This document shows positions 28,244 through 35,368 of a stretch of 64,000 bases of DNA, piece after piece. A program made the position numbers and the translations under genes. Positions within the stretch are counted from its first letter, which is position 1. Each line of letters starts with the position of its first letter. The stretch covers positions 119 through 64,118 of the forward strand of contig JASJJZ010000070.1 of NCBI GenBank assembly GCA_037622205.1, written 5' to 3'. The notes below the pieces were generated by a model. It was given only the letters and a program-made list of their open reading frames with translations, had not been told where the DNA came from and did no database searches. The DNA is from Actinomycetes bacterium. GTDB taxonomy: Bacteria > Actinomycetota > Actinomycetes > Nanopelagicales > Nanopelagicaceae.

Positions 28244-28650
28244 ATATTCAGAGCTGACTTAAGTTCGCCGTAAAAGAAGCGGCAGAATAATCTACAGAAA
28301 AAAGCGAAGTCCCCGGGCGCACAATTCTTTGTTTGCCTTCCCCTTGCAAACAATGAACGGTTATCCGAGAACTTCGTGCCTGAAACTTAAGGTAATTACT
28401 AGCCATAATCAACTCATTAAGGCCAAGCAACGCCAAGTATTTCTGGATTTTTAAAGTAAAAGTTTAGAGTTTGCAGTCTTTCCAAATTAATCTAATTTAT
28501 TTTGAGAATTTCTCACAATAATTCATAAAATTCAAAGAGTTGGCTAAAACGTTAAAGTAAACCGGGCCATTCTGCGGGTCTGTTGATAAACTTGTGTATA
28601 AGCAGTTGATAACTCATTGAGTTCTGGGGATAACGGAGGCGAGTTCAAAG

Positions 28651-29385
28651 ATGTGCCCACAAATTCCTGGCGGCCCCGATATAAATTTGGATACCAATTT
28701 GGATACCAATTTGGATACCGGCAGTAATAAGGCCGTAGGGCCCGTGGAAAACTTTACTCAAGGCGAAATTTTTGCCGATATCTTTCCCAATATGCCCGCT
28801 CTCCTACCTAAAAAATCAATCAAGAAAGAAGAGCAGGAGCTACTTTCCAGGCTCCCCGAATTTAGGGTGATCCGAAGTTCAAGACGCAAGCGAACGCTTC
28901 ATGCCTTCCGTCAAAATGGTGTTATTGAAATACACATTCCTGATCGGCTAAGCAGGCGTCAAGAGTTTGAAGTAATTCCAGAGATGATCGATCTGGTATT
29001 GAAGCGGGAGAATCGCCTGCGAAAGAGCGATAGCTCCTTACTAGAGTTAAGTGATCTGCTCTTGGCCGAATTCTTGCCAGACTTTTACGAACGTCCGATT
29101 TCAGTAACCTGGCGGGTAATGCGCGAGCGCTGGGGTTCATGCACCACCGTGGATAAAACGATAAGAATTTCAGAGCGGCTCAACACCGCTCCCGACTATG
29201 CCCTTCGATATGTCTTGTTTCATGAATTGATTCACCTTCGCATAGCTGGGCATGGTGATGACTTTCATGAACTTCTCGCCAGATATCCCGAGAAAGAGCG
29301 GGCTGAGGCCTTTTTAGAGGGATATGAGGCGGGATCTGCGGGTTCACCAGAGGAAATACTCGAGTTACCCCCAATTTTGAGTTGA
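28651..29385 (+). CDS. DUF45/YgjP-like (M48-related) metallopeptidase
   Basis: WGSCT.. and YVLFHELIHLRIAGHGDDF (HExxH..H) motifs. Confidence 0.8.
   Translation: MCPQIPGGPDINLDTNLDTNLDTGSNKAVGPVENFTQGEIFADIFPNMPALLPKKSIKKEEQELLSRLPEFRVIRSSRRKRTLHAFRQNGVIEIHIPDRLSRRQEFEVIPEMIDLVLKRENRLRKSDSSLLELSDLLLAEFLPDFYERPISVTWRVMRERWGSCTTVDKTIRISERLNTAPDYALRYVLFHELIHLRIAGHGDDFHELLARYPEKERAEAFLEGYEAGSAGSPEEILELPPILS
28684..28719 (+). repeat. Perfect 12-bp tandem repeat AATTTGGATACC x3, in frame, encoding (NLDT)3
   Basis: Read directly, inside the 5' end of the DUF45 peptidase gene. Confidence 0.95.
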
Positions 29386-29487
29386 AATGCCCGCTTGTGA
29401 GCGTGTTCGGGGGTATGGTGAGCGCACACGCACGCAGGGTTTGGGATCTCCCCGAGCTTTTGAGAGTGCGGCGATTGGAGGGTCATA

Positions 29488-29646
29488 ATGGCTGAAGAAT
29501 ATAAAGGTGAAGCCTATTGCGTTAAGTGCAAAGAGAAGCGTGCTTTCGAAGGCCACGTTAAAGTCTCTGAGTCTGGTCGCCGAATGGCACAAGGCATCTG
29601 CCCAGTATGCGGAACAAAAGTTAACCGTATTCTTGGTAAGGCTTAA
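29488..29646 (+). CDS. 52-aa zinc-ribbon protein (DUF5679-like), not on the supplied ORF track
   Basis: GGAGG lies 6 nt before the ATG. Translation: MAEEYKGEAYCVKCKEKRAFEGHVKVSESGRRMAQGICPVCGTKVNRILGKA (CxxC..CxxC). Followed by a strong terminator. Confidence 0.75.
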   Translation: MAEEYKGEAYCVKCKEKRAFEGHVKVSESGRRMAQGICPVCGTKVNRILGKA

Positions 29647-29674
29647 TTAACACCAAATCAAAATCAAGATAATT

Positions 29675-29710
29675 AAAACGCCCCTTCACGAAAGTGTGGG
29701 GGCGTTTTCT
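29675..29710 (+). terminator. Rho-independent terminator after the zinc-ribbon ORF
   Basis: AAAACGCCCC..(CAC GAAA GTG)..GGGGCGTTTT followed by CT. Confidence 0.7.
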
Positions 29711-29814
29711 ATCTGATGAGCATAAATCTACCGGCAGGTGAAATTTTGGGACTGTCTCCACAAAATTCTTCGCAATTAATCCGCCTCTGCTGCAACTGCT
29801 AAATACTCGCAGAT

Positions 29815-31035
29815 GTGACCCTCAAATCCATAACTCTCTCTGACCCTGCGCGATATCCGGTATTGCGCCCAGGCGTAAATTTTTTCAAAGTGGCTGGCCA
29901 GAACTGTAGTGACATTTATGTGGGATTTAGTAACCGTGGAATTGAGTTGAAATTCGAAATTGCCAATGAGCTCCTGCAGCTGCTTGATGGAAGTGAGTCA
30001 TTGCAAAATATCATGAGAATAATGAGTTCTAAGCAGGATGAATCTCTCAATAATCTCGAATTCGACGCCATATTAAATATTTTACAACTCTTGAATAGCG
30101 CCTCTTTAATTGAATTTCGAACTTCACCGATACCGAGGCAACTGCTTAAAAATAAGAGAATTAAAGATAAAATCACCAAACCTGATTTATTGCCAGTTAA
30201 TTTAGTAAATTCCTTCAATCGAATGCGTGCCGAAGAGAATTTGTATAGCTGGCATCCTGAGGTTAGCGCTGAAAAAAATGCAGAAATATTGATTGGCAGG
30301 CGGCGTAATTTTTCGATAATGATCTATGGCCGAAATCGCTTAGCCCTATCGCTCTTTGCGGTATTGCAGGCAAGCGGGTTTAATTTGATCAAACTTACCG
30401 ACCGAACAAGCTCGACGACCCTTGATTCGTCACTTCAAATTGAGCCGGATGAGGTTTGTGGGCTTGCAATACGCGGCAGTGATGTTGGGCTTGCAAAAGC
30501 CTCGGTTCTCGCCGACTTAGCGCGAAATTCTCGGTTATTTACGGCTGATAATCTGGAATTTCCAGCGCGGCCAGATTTCATAATTTCTACCGAAGCTATT
30601 CCGCAAGAAACCATGCAGCGCTGGTTAAGTGAAGCTATTCCGCATCTACCGATTTCAAATCTGATTGAGGGCAAAATTATTATTGGCCCAATTGTTTTAC
30701 CTGGAAAAACTCCTTGCCTTAATTGTTTAAATCTCTGGCGTGCAGAGCTATTTCCACATCACAATTCATTTGAATTATTGGCAGCTCTAGATTGTGGTGA
30801 AGGTAAGGGTTTAGAACTTCCTTCCGCCCAAGTTGCGCTACTGACTGGATTGCTGGCAACGCTTGTAATTCAATATTGCACCTCACTAGATTCTAGTTGC
30901 GCAACAAAGCTGATCGGAGCAACCTTGGCCATCAACCTATTCGATCCACTTAATTCGATTTCATCCGCTGATGAAGCTCTCGGATATAGATACTGGCAAC
31001 CACATATTTCTTGTGGCTGCCAGCGTCTTATCTGA
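29815..31035 (+). CDS. Orphan RRE (PqqD-like) plus E1/ThiF-like protein, resembling TOMM/cyclodehydratase leader-peptide-binding 'C' proteins
   Basis: N-terminal ..ELLQLLDGSESLQNIMRIM.. resembles an RRE motif. SIMIYGRNRLALSLFAVLQASGFNLIKLTD sits where ThiF has its Rossmann GxGxxG, which is degenerate here. GPIVLPGKTPCLNCLNLWR matches the GP...PG...C..C signature. GTG start. Confidence 0.55.
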   Translation: MTLKSITLSDPARYPVLRPGVNFFKVAGQNCSDIYVGFSNRGIELKFEIANELLQLLDGSESLQNIMRIMSSKQDESLNNLEFDAILNILQLLNSASLIEFRTSPIPRQLLKNKRIKDKITKPDLLPVNLVNSFNRMRAEENLYSWHPEVSAEKNAEILIGRRRNFSIMIYGRNRLALSLFAVLQASGFNLIKLTDRTSSTTLDSSLQIEPDEVCGLAIRGSDVGLAKASVLADLARNSRLFTADNLEFPARPDFIISTEAIPQETMQRWLSEAIPHLPISNLIEGKIIIGPIVLPGKTPCLNCLNLWRAELFPHHNSFELLAALDCGEGKGLELPSAQVALLTGLLATLVIQYCTSLDSSCATKLIGATLAINLFDPLNSISSADEALGYRYWQPHISCGCQRLI

Positions 31036-31101
31036 TTAGTAGAGAACGGATCTGATTAGTAGAGAACGGATATTAATTAGTAGAGAACGGATATTAATTA
31101 G
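31031..31101. repeat. 20-21-bp tandem repeat (TCTGATTAGTAGAGAACGGA x2, TATTAATTAGTAGAGAACGGA, partial TATTAATTAG) filling the convergent intergenic gap
   Basis: Read directly. Spans from the stop of the E1-like gene to the stop of whiB7. Confidence 0.9.
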
Positions 31102-31475
31102 CTAGCTAGCTGGGTCTGTTTTTCGCTGGCCTCCGCGCCTAACGCTATTAAGGGATTAATGCGTGGCCGACCTGCGCTGCGCTTTGCTTGAATAACCTTG
31201 CCATCTTCAAACAATTCGCCGCCCCAAATTCCACAAGGTTCAGCACGAGAGATTGCGCCCTCTAGGCACTTGGCTCGCATTGGACATTCACCGCATAGAG
31301 CCTTGGCATAGGAAATTCCGGCTTGGTTTTCTGCGAAGAAGGTCTCTGGGTCTGCCGAATGGCAGGGAAGCTTCGTTGCGCTATCTGCAAATGCAGTAAC
31401 GCCAATCTTTGCATCTGGGCCCTCGGCCCATCCCGGTATTAATAATTCGCTGAAGAGAACAGTCACTGTTCTCAC
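31098..31475 (-). CDS. whiB7: WhiB7-type Fe-S transcription factor with C-terminal AT-hook
   Basis: Four Cys (C..C..C.....C), RAEPCGIWGGELF turn and AKRSAGRPRINP AT-hook. Downstream of uvrD2 behind a long leader, as in mycobacteria. An alternative GTG at 31466 has better SD spacing (GGAGG-8 nt). Confidence 0.85.
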   Translation of the reverse strand: MRTVTVLFSELLIPGWAEGPDAKIGVTAFADSATKLPCHSADPETFFAENQAGISYAKALCGECPMRAKCLEGAISRAEPCGIWGGELFEDGKVIQAKRSAGRPRINPLIALGAEASEKQTQLAS

Positions 31476-31586
31476 CTCCGTCTTTTCTAGGTTTGGCTTT
31501 CTCTTGGTCTGATTGGTCTGGTCTGGTTATTTGGGTTGGTTTTGTTATCCGGATGGATAAATTCCTTGGAATTTTGGCGGCTGGTA

Positions 31587-31630
31587 GAAAAGCAAAAGGG
31601 CCGCGAATCCTTTGAAAGGATTTGCGGCCC
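31587..31630 (-). terminator. Intrinsic terminator inside the whiB7 leader (candidate attenuator)
   Basis: Minus strand GGGCCGCAAATCC-TTTCAAA-GGATTCGCGGCCC (12 of 13 bp paired) followed by TTTTGCTTTTC. Located about 110 nt upstream of the whiB7 start. Confidence 0.7.
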
Positions 31631-31649
31631 TGGGGCTTTTGACTATCGG

Positions 31650-31811
31650 TTAGCCGATAGAGCTCCAGGATCCGCGCTTTGCATAGGCTGCATAGGTGGC
31701 AGCGAAGGCAAAATGCTTATGTGTTGATGGCTTATTTGTAGCTGAAACCACAACAAAAGACGCAGCCGAATTACTGCGTGCGCCGGCAATTAATGCGAGT
31801 TGTTGTGACAT
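31650..31811 (-). CDS. whiB7 leader uORF, 53 codons (MSQQLALIAGARSNSAASFVVVSATNKPSTHKHFAFAATYAAYAKRGSWSSIG)
   Basis: ATG lies 7 nt downstream of a candidate -10. The stop codon sits in the loop of a 7-bp hairpin (31643-31660), 20 nt before the terminator stem. The peptide is Ala-rich. Confidence 0.5.
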   Translation of the reverse strand: MSQQLALIAGARSNSAASFVVVSATNKPSTHKHFAFAATYAAYAKRGSWSSIG

Positions 31812-31818
31812 GTGGAGA

Positions 31819-31863
31819 AGGGTAACCCAGGCCACATCCCGGATGCAAGTTAATTAAATTAAA
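31819..31863 (-). promoter_or_regulatory. Candidate whiB7 promoter with an AT-rich WhiB7 (AT-hook) site
   Basis: Minus strand TTTAATTTAATTAA (31863-31850), then C, TTGCAT (31848-31843), an 18-nt spacer and TACCCT (31824-31819). Confidence 0.5.
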
Positions 31864-33532
31864 GGATGCCACTTAGGAATGGGCTTGGAGCCCCCGAATA
31901 AGAGAGATGCAATTCGCTCTTCGCCCGAGTGAGGCCCACATAGAAAAGTCTCCGCTCCTCTTCGACATCGTTGCCCATCGGCAAAATTCCATCGCTGACT
32001 CCTGCTAAGAAAACATGGTCCCATTCCAAACCTTTGGCAGCATGCAAAGTAGAGAGCACAACGCCAGGAAGTGTGGGCGGATTGTTCTGTTCGGCGCGAT
32101 CTTCGAGTTCGCGAAGGTAGGTGCGCAGGGTCAGTGAGCTTCCAGCTGTGGTGGCAGCTGTGGTGGCATCCTCCTGCATGGCTTTTGCCAGCGCCAGAAA
32201 TGCGTGCACATAGTCGGTGTCACCAAAGGGGCGTAGGACTGCGACCAAGTCGTCATACCAATTCCCACCTTCAGTTGGCAGGACAGATGCACTTCGAATA
32301 ACTCGCATCGCATCTCTGACATCTACTCGTTCAAAGAACTTTTCTGAACTCTTAATCTGGGAGTCAATACCTGCGCTGCGAAGTTCGCGTTCAAAAATAT
32401 CTAATTGAGCATTGGTTCGAGTCAAGATGGCAACTTCAACATGTTCGCCAGATTTCGCCCGCAGCTCTGAAATCTTCTTCGCAATGTAATTTGCTTCTCC
32501 CGCATTCGTATCAAATTTTGCTATCTCTGGTTTAGCGCCGTGCTCATTCATCGATGCAAGCTCGTGACCGTGTTCACCAATCATTCCGCCTTGACGCAAA
32601 ATTGCATTGGCAGTTCCAATAATTTCTGGAGTTGAACGATAGCCGCGGGATAATCTGATTACTTGGGCGTTTGGAAAACGTTTTGTGAAGCCAAGTAGAA
32701 ATGATGAACTTGCACCAGCAAAAGAGTAAATTGTCTGTGCCGCATCTCCTACAACACAAATGTCATCCCTATTGCCGAGCCATAAATTTAGCAATCTTTG
32801 TTGCAGGGGCGATACATCTTGATATTCATCAACTGTAAAATACCGATATTGATCGCGAACTCGTTCTCGAACATCACGATCTTCTTCCAGCATCCCAACT
32901 GTCAATAAGAGAACATCTTCAAAATCAATTGCACGCTCTTGTTGTTTTAGCGTTTCATATGATTGATAAACCTTTGAAATATCTTCAAAATTAGATTTGT
33001 CAGGTTTGTTATTTGGAATTCGTAGCGTTCGTCCCGCACCAAGAGCAGACTCGACATATTCATCAGGAGAAATCTCTAAGACTTTTGCCCATTCAATCTC
33101 GCTCGCGATTTCTCGCAGAGTCGAAGTTTGTGGAGTGAGTGAAGAGTCCGTGCGATTTAAAGCTTCTGCGATCGCACCTGACTTCATTGTCAGCAACGAA
33201 GGAAAGGAGCCACCAAAGGCATATGGCCAGAAATACATTAATTGTTTTATTGCAGCTGAGTGAAAAGTTCTAGCCGATGCATTTGGAATTCCAAGGCCAC
33301 GCAATCTCGCTCGCATTTCACCAGCTGCGCGCGCCGTGAAGGTCAGCGCCAGTGTTTTACTTGGATCCGTAACGCCAATAGCAATTGCATAGGCAATTCG
33401 ATGTGTAATAACCCGAGTCTTTCCAGTTCCGGCGCCAGCAATTACGCAGACTGGCCCACGAACTGCAGTAACAACTTCGCGTTGTTCTGGATCTAGGGCT
33501 TCAAGTATCTGATCAACGCTTGCTGCCGGCAT
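31859..33532 (-). CDS. uvrD2: UvrD/PcrA-family ATP-dependent DNA helicase (UvrD2 position), motor domain only
   Basis: AGAGTGKTR Walker A, DEYQDVS and VGLTRAK motif VI. Ends about 20 aa after motif VI. Confidence 0.85.
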   Translation of the reverse strand: MPAASVDQILEALDPEQREVVTAVRGPVCVIAGAGTGKTRVITHRIAYAIAIGVTDPSKTLALTFTARAAGEMRARLRGLGIPNASARTFHSAAIKQLMYFWPYAFGGSFPSLLTMKSGAIAEALNRTDSSLTPQTSTLREIASEIEWAKVLEISPDEYVESALGAGRTLRIPNNKPDKSNFEDISKVYQSYETLKQQERAIDFEDVLLLTVGMLEEDRDVRERVRDQYRYFTVDEYQDVSPLQQRLLNLWLGNRDDICVVGDAAQTIYSFAGASSSFLLGFTKRFPNAQVIRLSRGYRSTPEIIGTANAILRQGGMIGEHGHELASMNEHGAKPEIAKFDTNAGEANYIAKKISELRAKSGEHVEVAILTRTNAQLDIFERELRSAGIDSQIKSSEKFFERVDVRDAMRVIRSASVLPTEGGNWYDDLVAVLRPFGDTDYVHAFLALAKAMQEDATTAATTAGSSLTLRTYLRELEDRAEQNNPPTLPGVVLSTLHAAKGLEWDHVFLAGVSDGILPMGNDVEEERRLFYVGLTRAKSELHLSYSGAPSPFLSGIL

Positions 33533-34468
33533 CTACTTTCCTATCAAATCTCGAACATCTGCGCCTTTTTTCTCATACCAAAATTCAATCATCTTGCGAG
33601 CAACGCTCATGCCTGGTGGAAGCGTTAGCGATTGATTTGCAATCGCCTCACGCATTTCTTCGCGAGTAAGCCAGAGAATTTCTTCAATTTCTTCGCCATC
33701 GGCTTTCGCTGCTGCTGGATTAGTCGCTAACGCTGAGAATGAGATCATTATCGATGCCGGAAACGGCCACGGCTGCGAACCAAGATAGGTAATCTCATCA
33801 ACTTTGATTCCAGATTCTTCAAATACTTCTCGTAATACAGTCTGCTCAAAAGACTCGCCTGGTTCAACAAATCCTGCAAAACACGAAAACCTTTTTTCGG
33901 GCCAGATTTTTTGACGGCCAAGCAAGACGCGATCTTTCTCATCTTTCACTAAAACTATAACCGCACCATCTGTTCTTGGATAATGCTCTGAACCATCAGA
34001 TGAACATTTGCGAAGTGACCCACCATTTGCACTTAAAGTTGGCGCACCACATCTGGCACAAAATTGATGCGTGTGATGCCAATTAGCTATAGCTTGGGAG
34101 TGAATAGCAAGACCCATTTCGAGTTGCGATAGGAAATCTCCCAACGTTCTAAGAGTTTGATAATTTTCAAGTGTCTCAAAACTTTCAAAATCCAGAGCAT
34201 TACTGCACCAAGCAAAGTACGAAATGCCATTATCTATTCCAAGAAATAACTCTTCGCCGTATGCAAATTCCTTTTCATTACGGTGTTGGGCAATCTGAGC
34301 TGCACTCTGATAATCCAATTGATAATTTTGGGTTACTCGAAATTTTCCTGAGGCGAAGTGGAGAATGCGGGCGTCTTTCCAGAGCCTAGAGAGTTCATCC
34401 GGTTTTAGCCGAAGTTCACCTGAGCGATCTACTGCTTCGCTGGCTAATGGCAGCTTCAAAACATTCAC
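33533..34468 (-). CDS. nudC: NAD(+) diphosphatase (NADH pyrophosphatase) NudC
   Basis: Zinc ribbon CARCG..C and Nudix box GFVEPGESFEQTVLREVFEESGI followed by SQPWPFP. Confidence 0.9.
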   Translation of the reverse strand: MNVLKLPLASEAVDRSGELRLKPDELSRLWKDARILHFASGKFRVTQNYQLDYQSAAQIAQHRNEKEFAYGEELFLGIDNGISYFAWCSNALDFESFETLENYQTLRTLGDFLSQLEMGLAIHSQAIANWHHTHQFCARCGAPTLSANGGSLRKCSSDGSEHYPRTDGAVIVLVKDEKDRVLLGRQKIWPEKRFSCFAGFVEPGESFEQTVLREVFEESGIKVDEITYLGSQPWPFPASIMISFSALATNPAAAKADGEEIEEILWLTREEMREAIANQSLTLPPGMSVARKMIEFWYEKKGADVRDLIGK

Positions 34469-34525
34469 CGGTCGACCTTACTAGGGCAGGCAACTCCAGG
34501 CGAAAATCCCTTATAAAATGCGTAA

Positions 34526-35368
34526 GTGCGAATATCTTCCTGGAACTTGTTACATGGCCAAGGAGCTGAAACTTTGCGGGCGGTAGCTGATGTCTTTGAC
34601 GTTAGAAATAGCGATTTCGTAATCGGCGTTCAAGAGGTCGATGCCTTTCAAGATCGCTCAGATCAAATTTTCCAAGTTGCTGACTTAGCAAGTCAACTTA
34701 GCGCCAAGCATTTTGCTTTCGTGCGCTGTGTTATCGGAACTCCGGGATTTAAGTGGCGGAGAGTTCGGAGGGACGAAGCGATTTTGATTACTAATTCAAA
34801 TTCAACCAGCATCTCTGGGGCCATAACATCACATAGCGATAATCCGCCCGCATATGGCATAGGTTTAATCACAAATATTCCAGTTCTTAAGTGGGAAGTT
34901 TTAGCTTTAGGAAAATCTCCGGTTGGCTTACCACTGGCATTTCCTGATGTATCTGCTGGGCCTAAGGCCAGAGCTAAAATCAAATTAATCTATGTCAAGG
35001 ATGAACCCAGATATGCAGTAGCGGCACAATTAGAAAATGGTTTTACCGTAGCAAATATGCATCTCTCATTTGTTCCTCTTGTAAATCTTTACCAGCTCTG
35101 GCGAGTCAAACGGTGGCTAGCAAAAATGCCCGGAAAACATATCTTGCTCGGAGATTTGAATTTGCCATTTAATTTGCCGGTCAAGTTCTCTAAATGGAAA
35201 TCTCTAGTTTCAATGTCCAGCTATCCGGCCTGGCAACCTAAAATTCAATTTGATTATATTCTCAGCGATAACTTCGCGGTAAGTGAAGTAGAGAAAAGCC
35301 TGGTTCGACCAATCTATTTAAAAAGTGAGATTAGCGATCACTTGCCGGTAACTATTGAAATTAATTGA
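34526..35368 (+). CDS. Endonuclease/exonuclease/phosphatase (EEP) family protein
   Basis: SWNLLHG N-terminus, LLGDLN and C-terminal SDHLPV motifs. Confidence 0.75.
   Translation: MRISSWNLLHGQGAETLRAVADVFDVRNSDFVIGVQEVDAFQDRSDQIFQVADLASQLSAKHFAFVRCVIGTPGFKWRRVRRDEAILITNSNSTSISGAITSHSDNPPAYGIGLITNIPVLKWEVLALGKSPVGLPLAFPDVSAGPKARAKIKLIYVKDEPRYAVAAQLENGFTVANMHLSFVPLVNLYQLWRVKRWLAKMPGKHILLGDLNLPFNLPVKFSKWKSLVSMSSYPAWQPKIQFDYILSDNFAVSEVEKSLVRPIYLKSEISDHLPVTIEIN

Noticed and set aside
28248-28436. 62-aa minus-strand ORF after the zincin-like gene
   Set aside because: It has a TTG start, no SD and no recognisable family. It is not called as a gene but is mentioned under the long-spacer finding.
31031-31101. 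CRISPR array
   Set aside because: The repeats are directly tandem with no spacers, there are only about 3.5 units, and there are no cas genes in the window.
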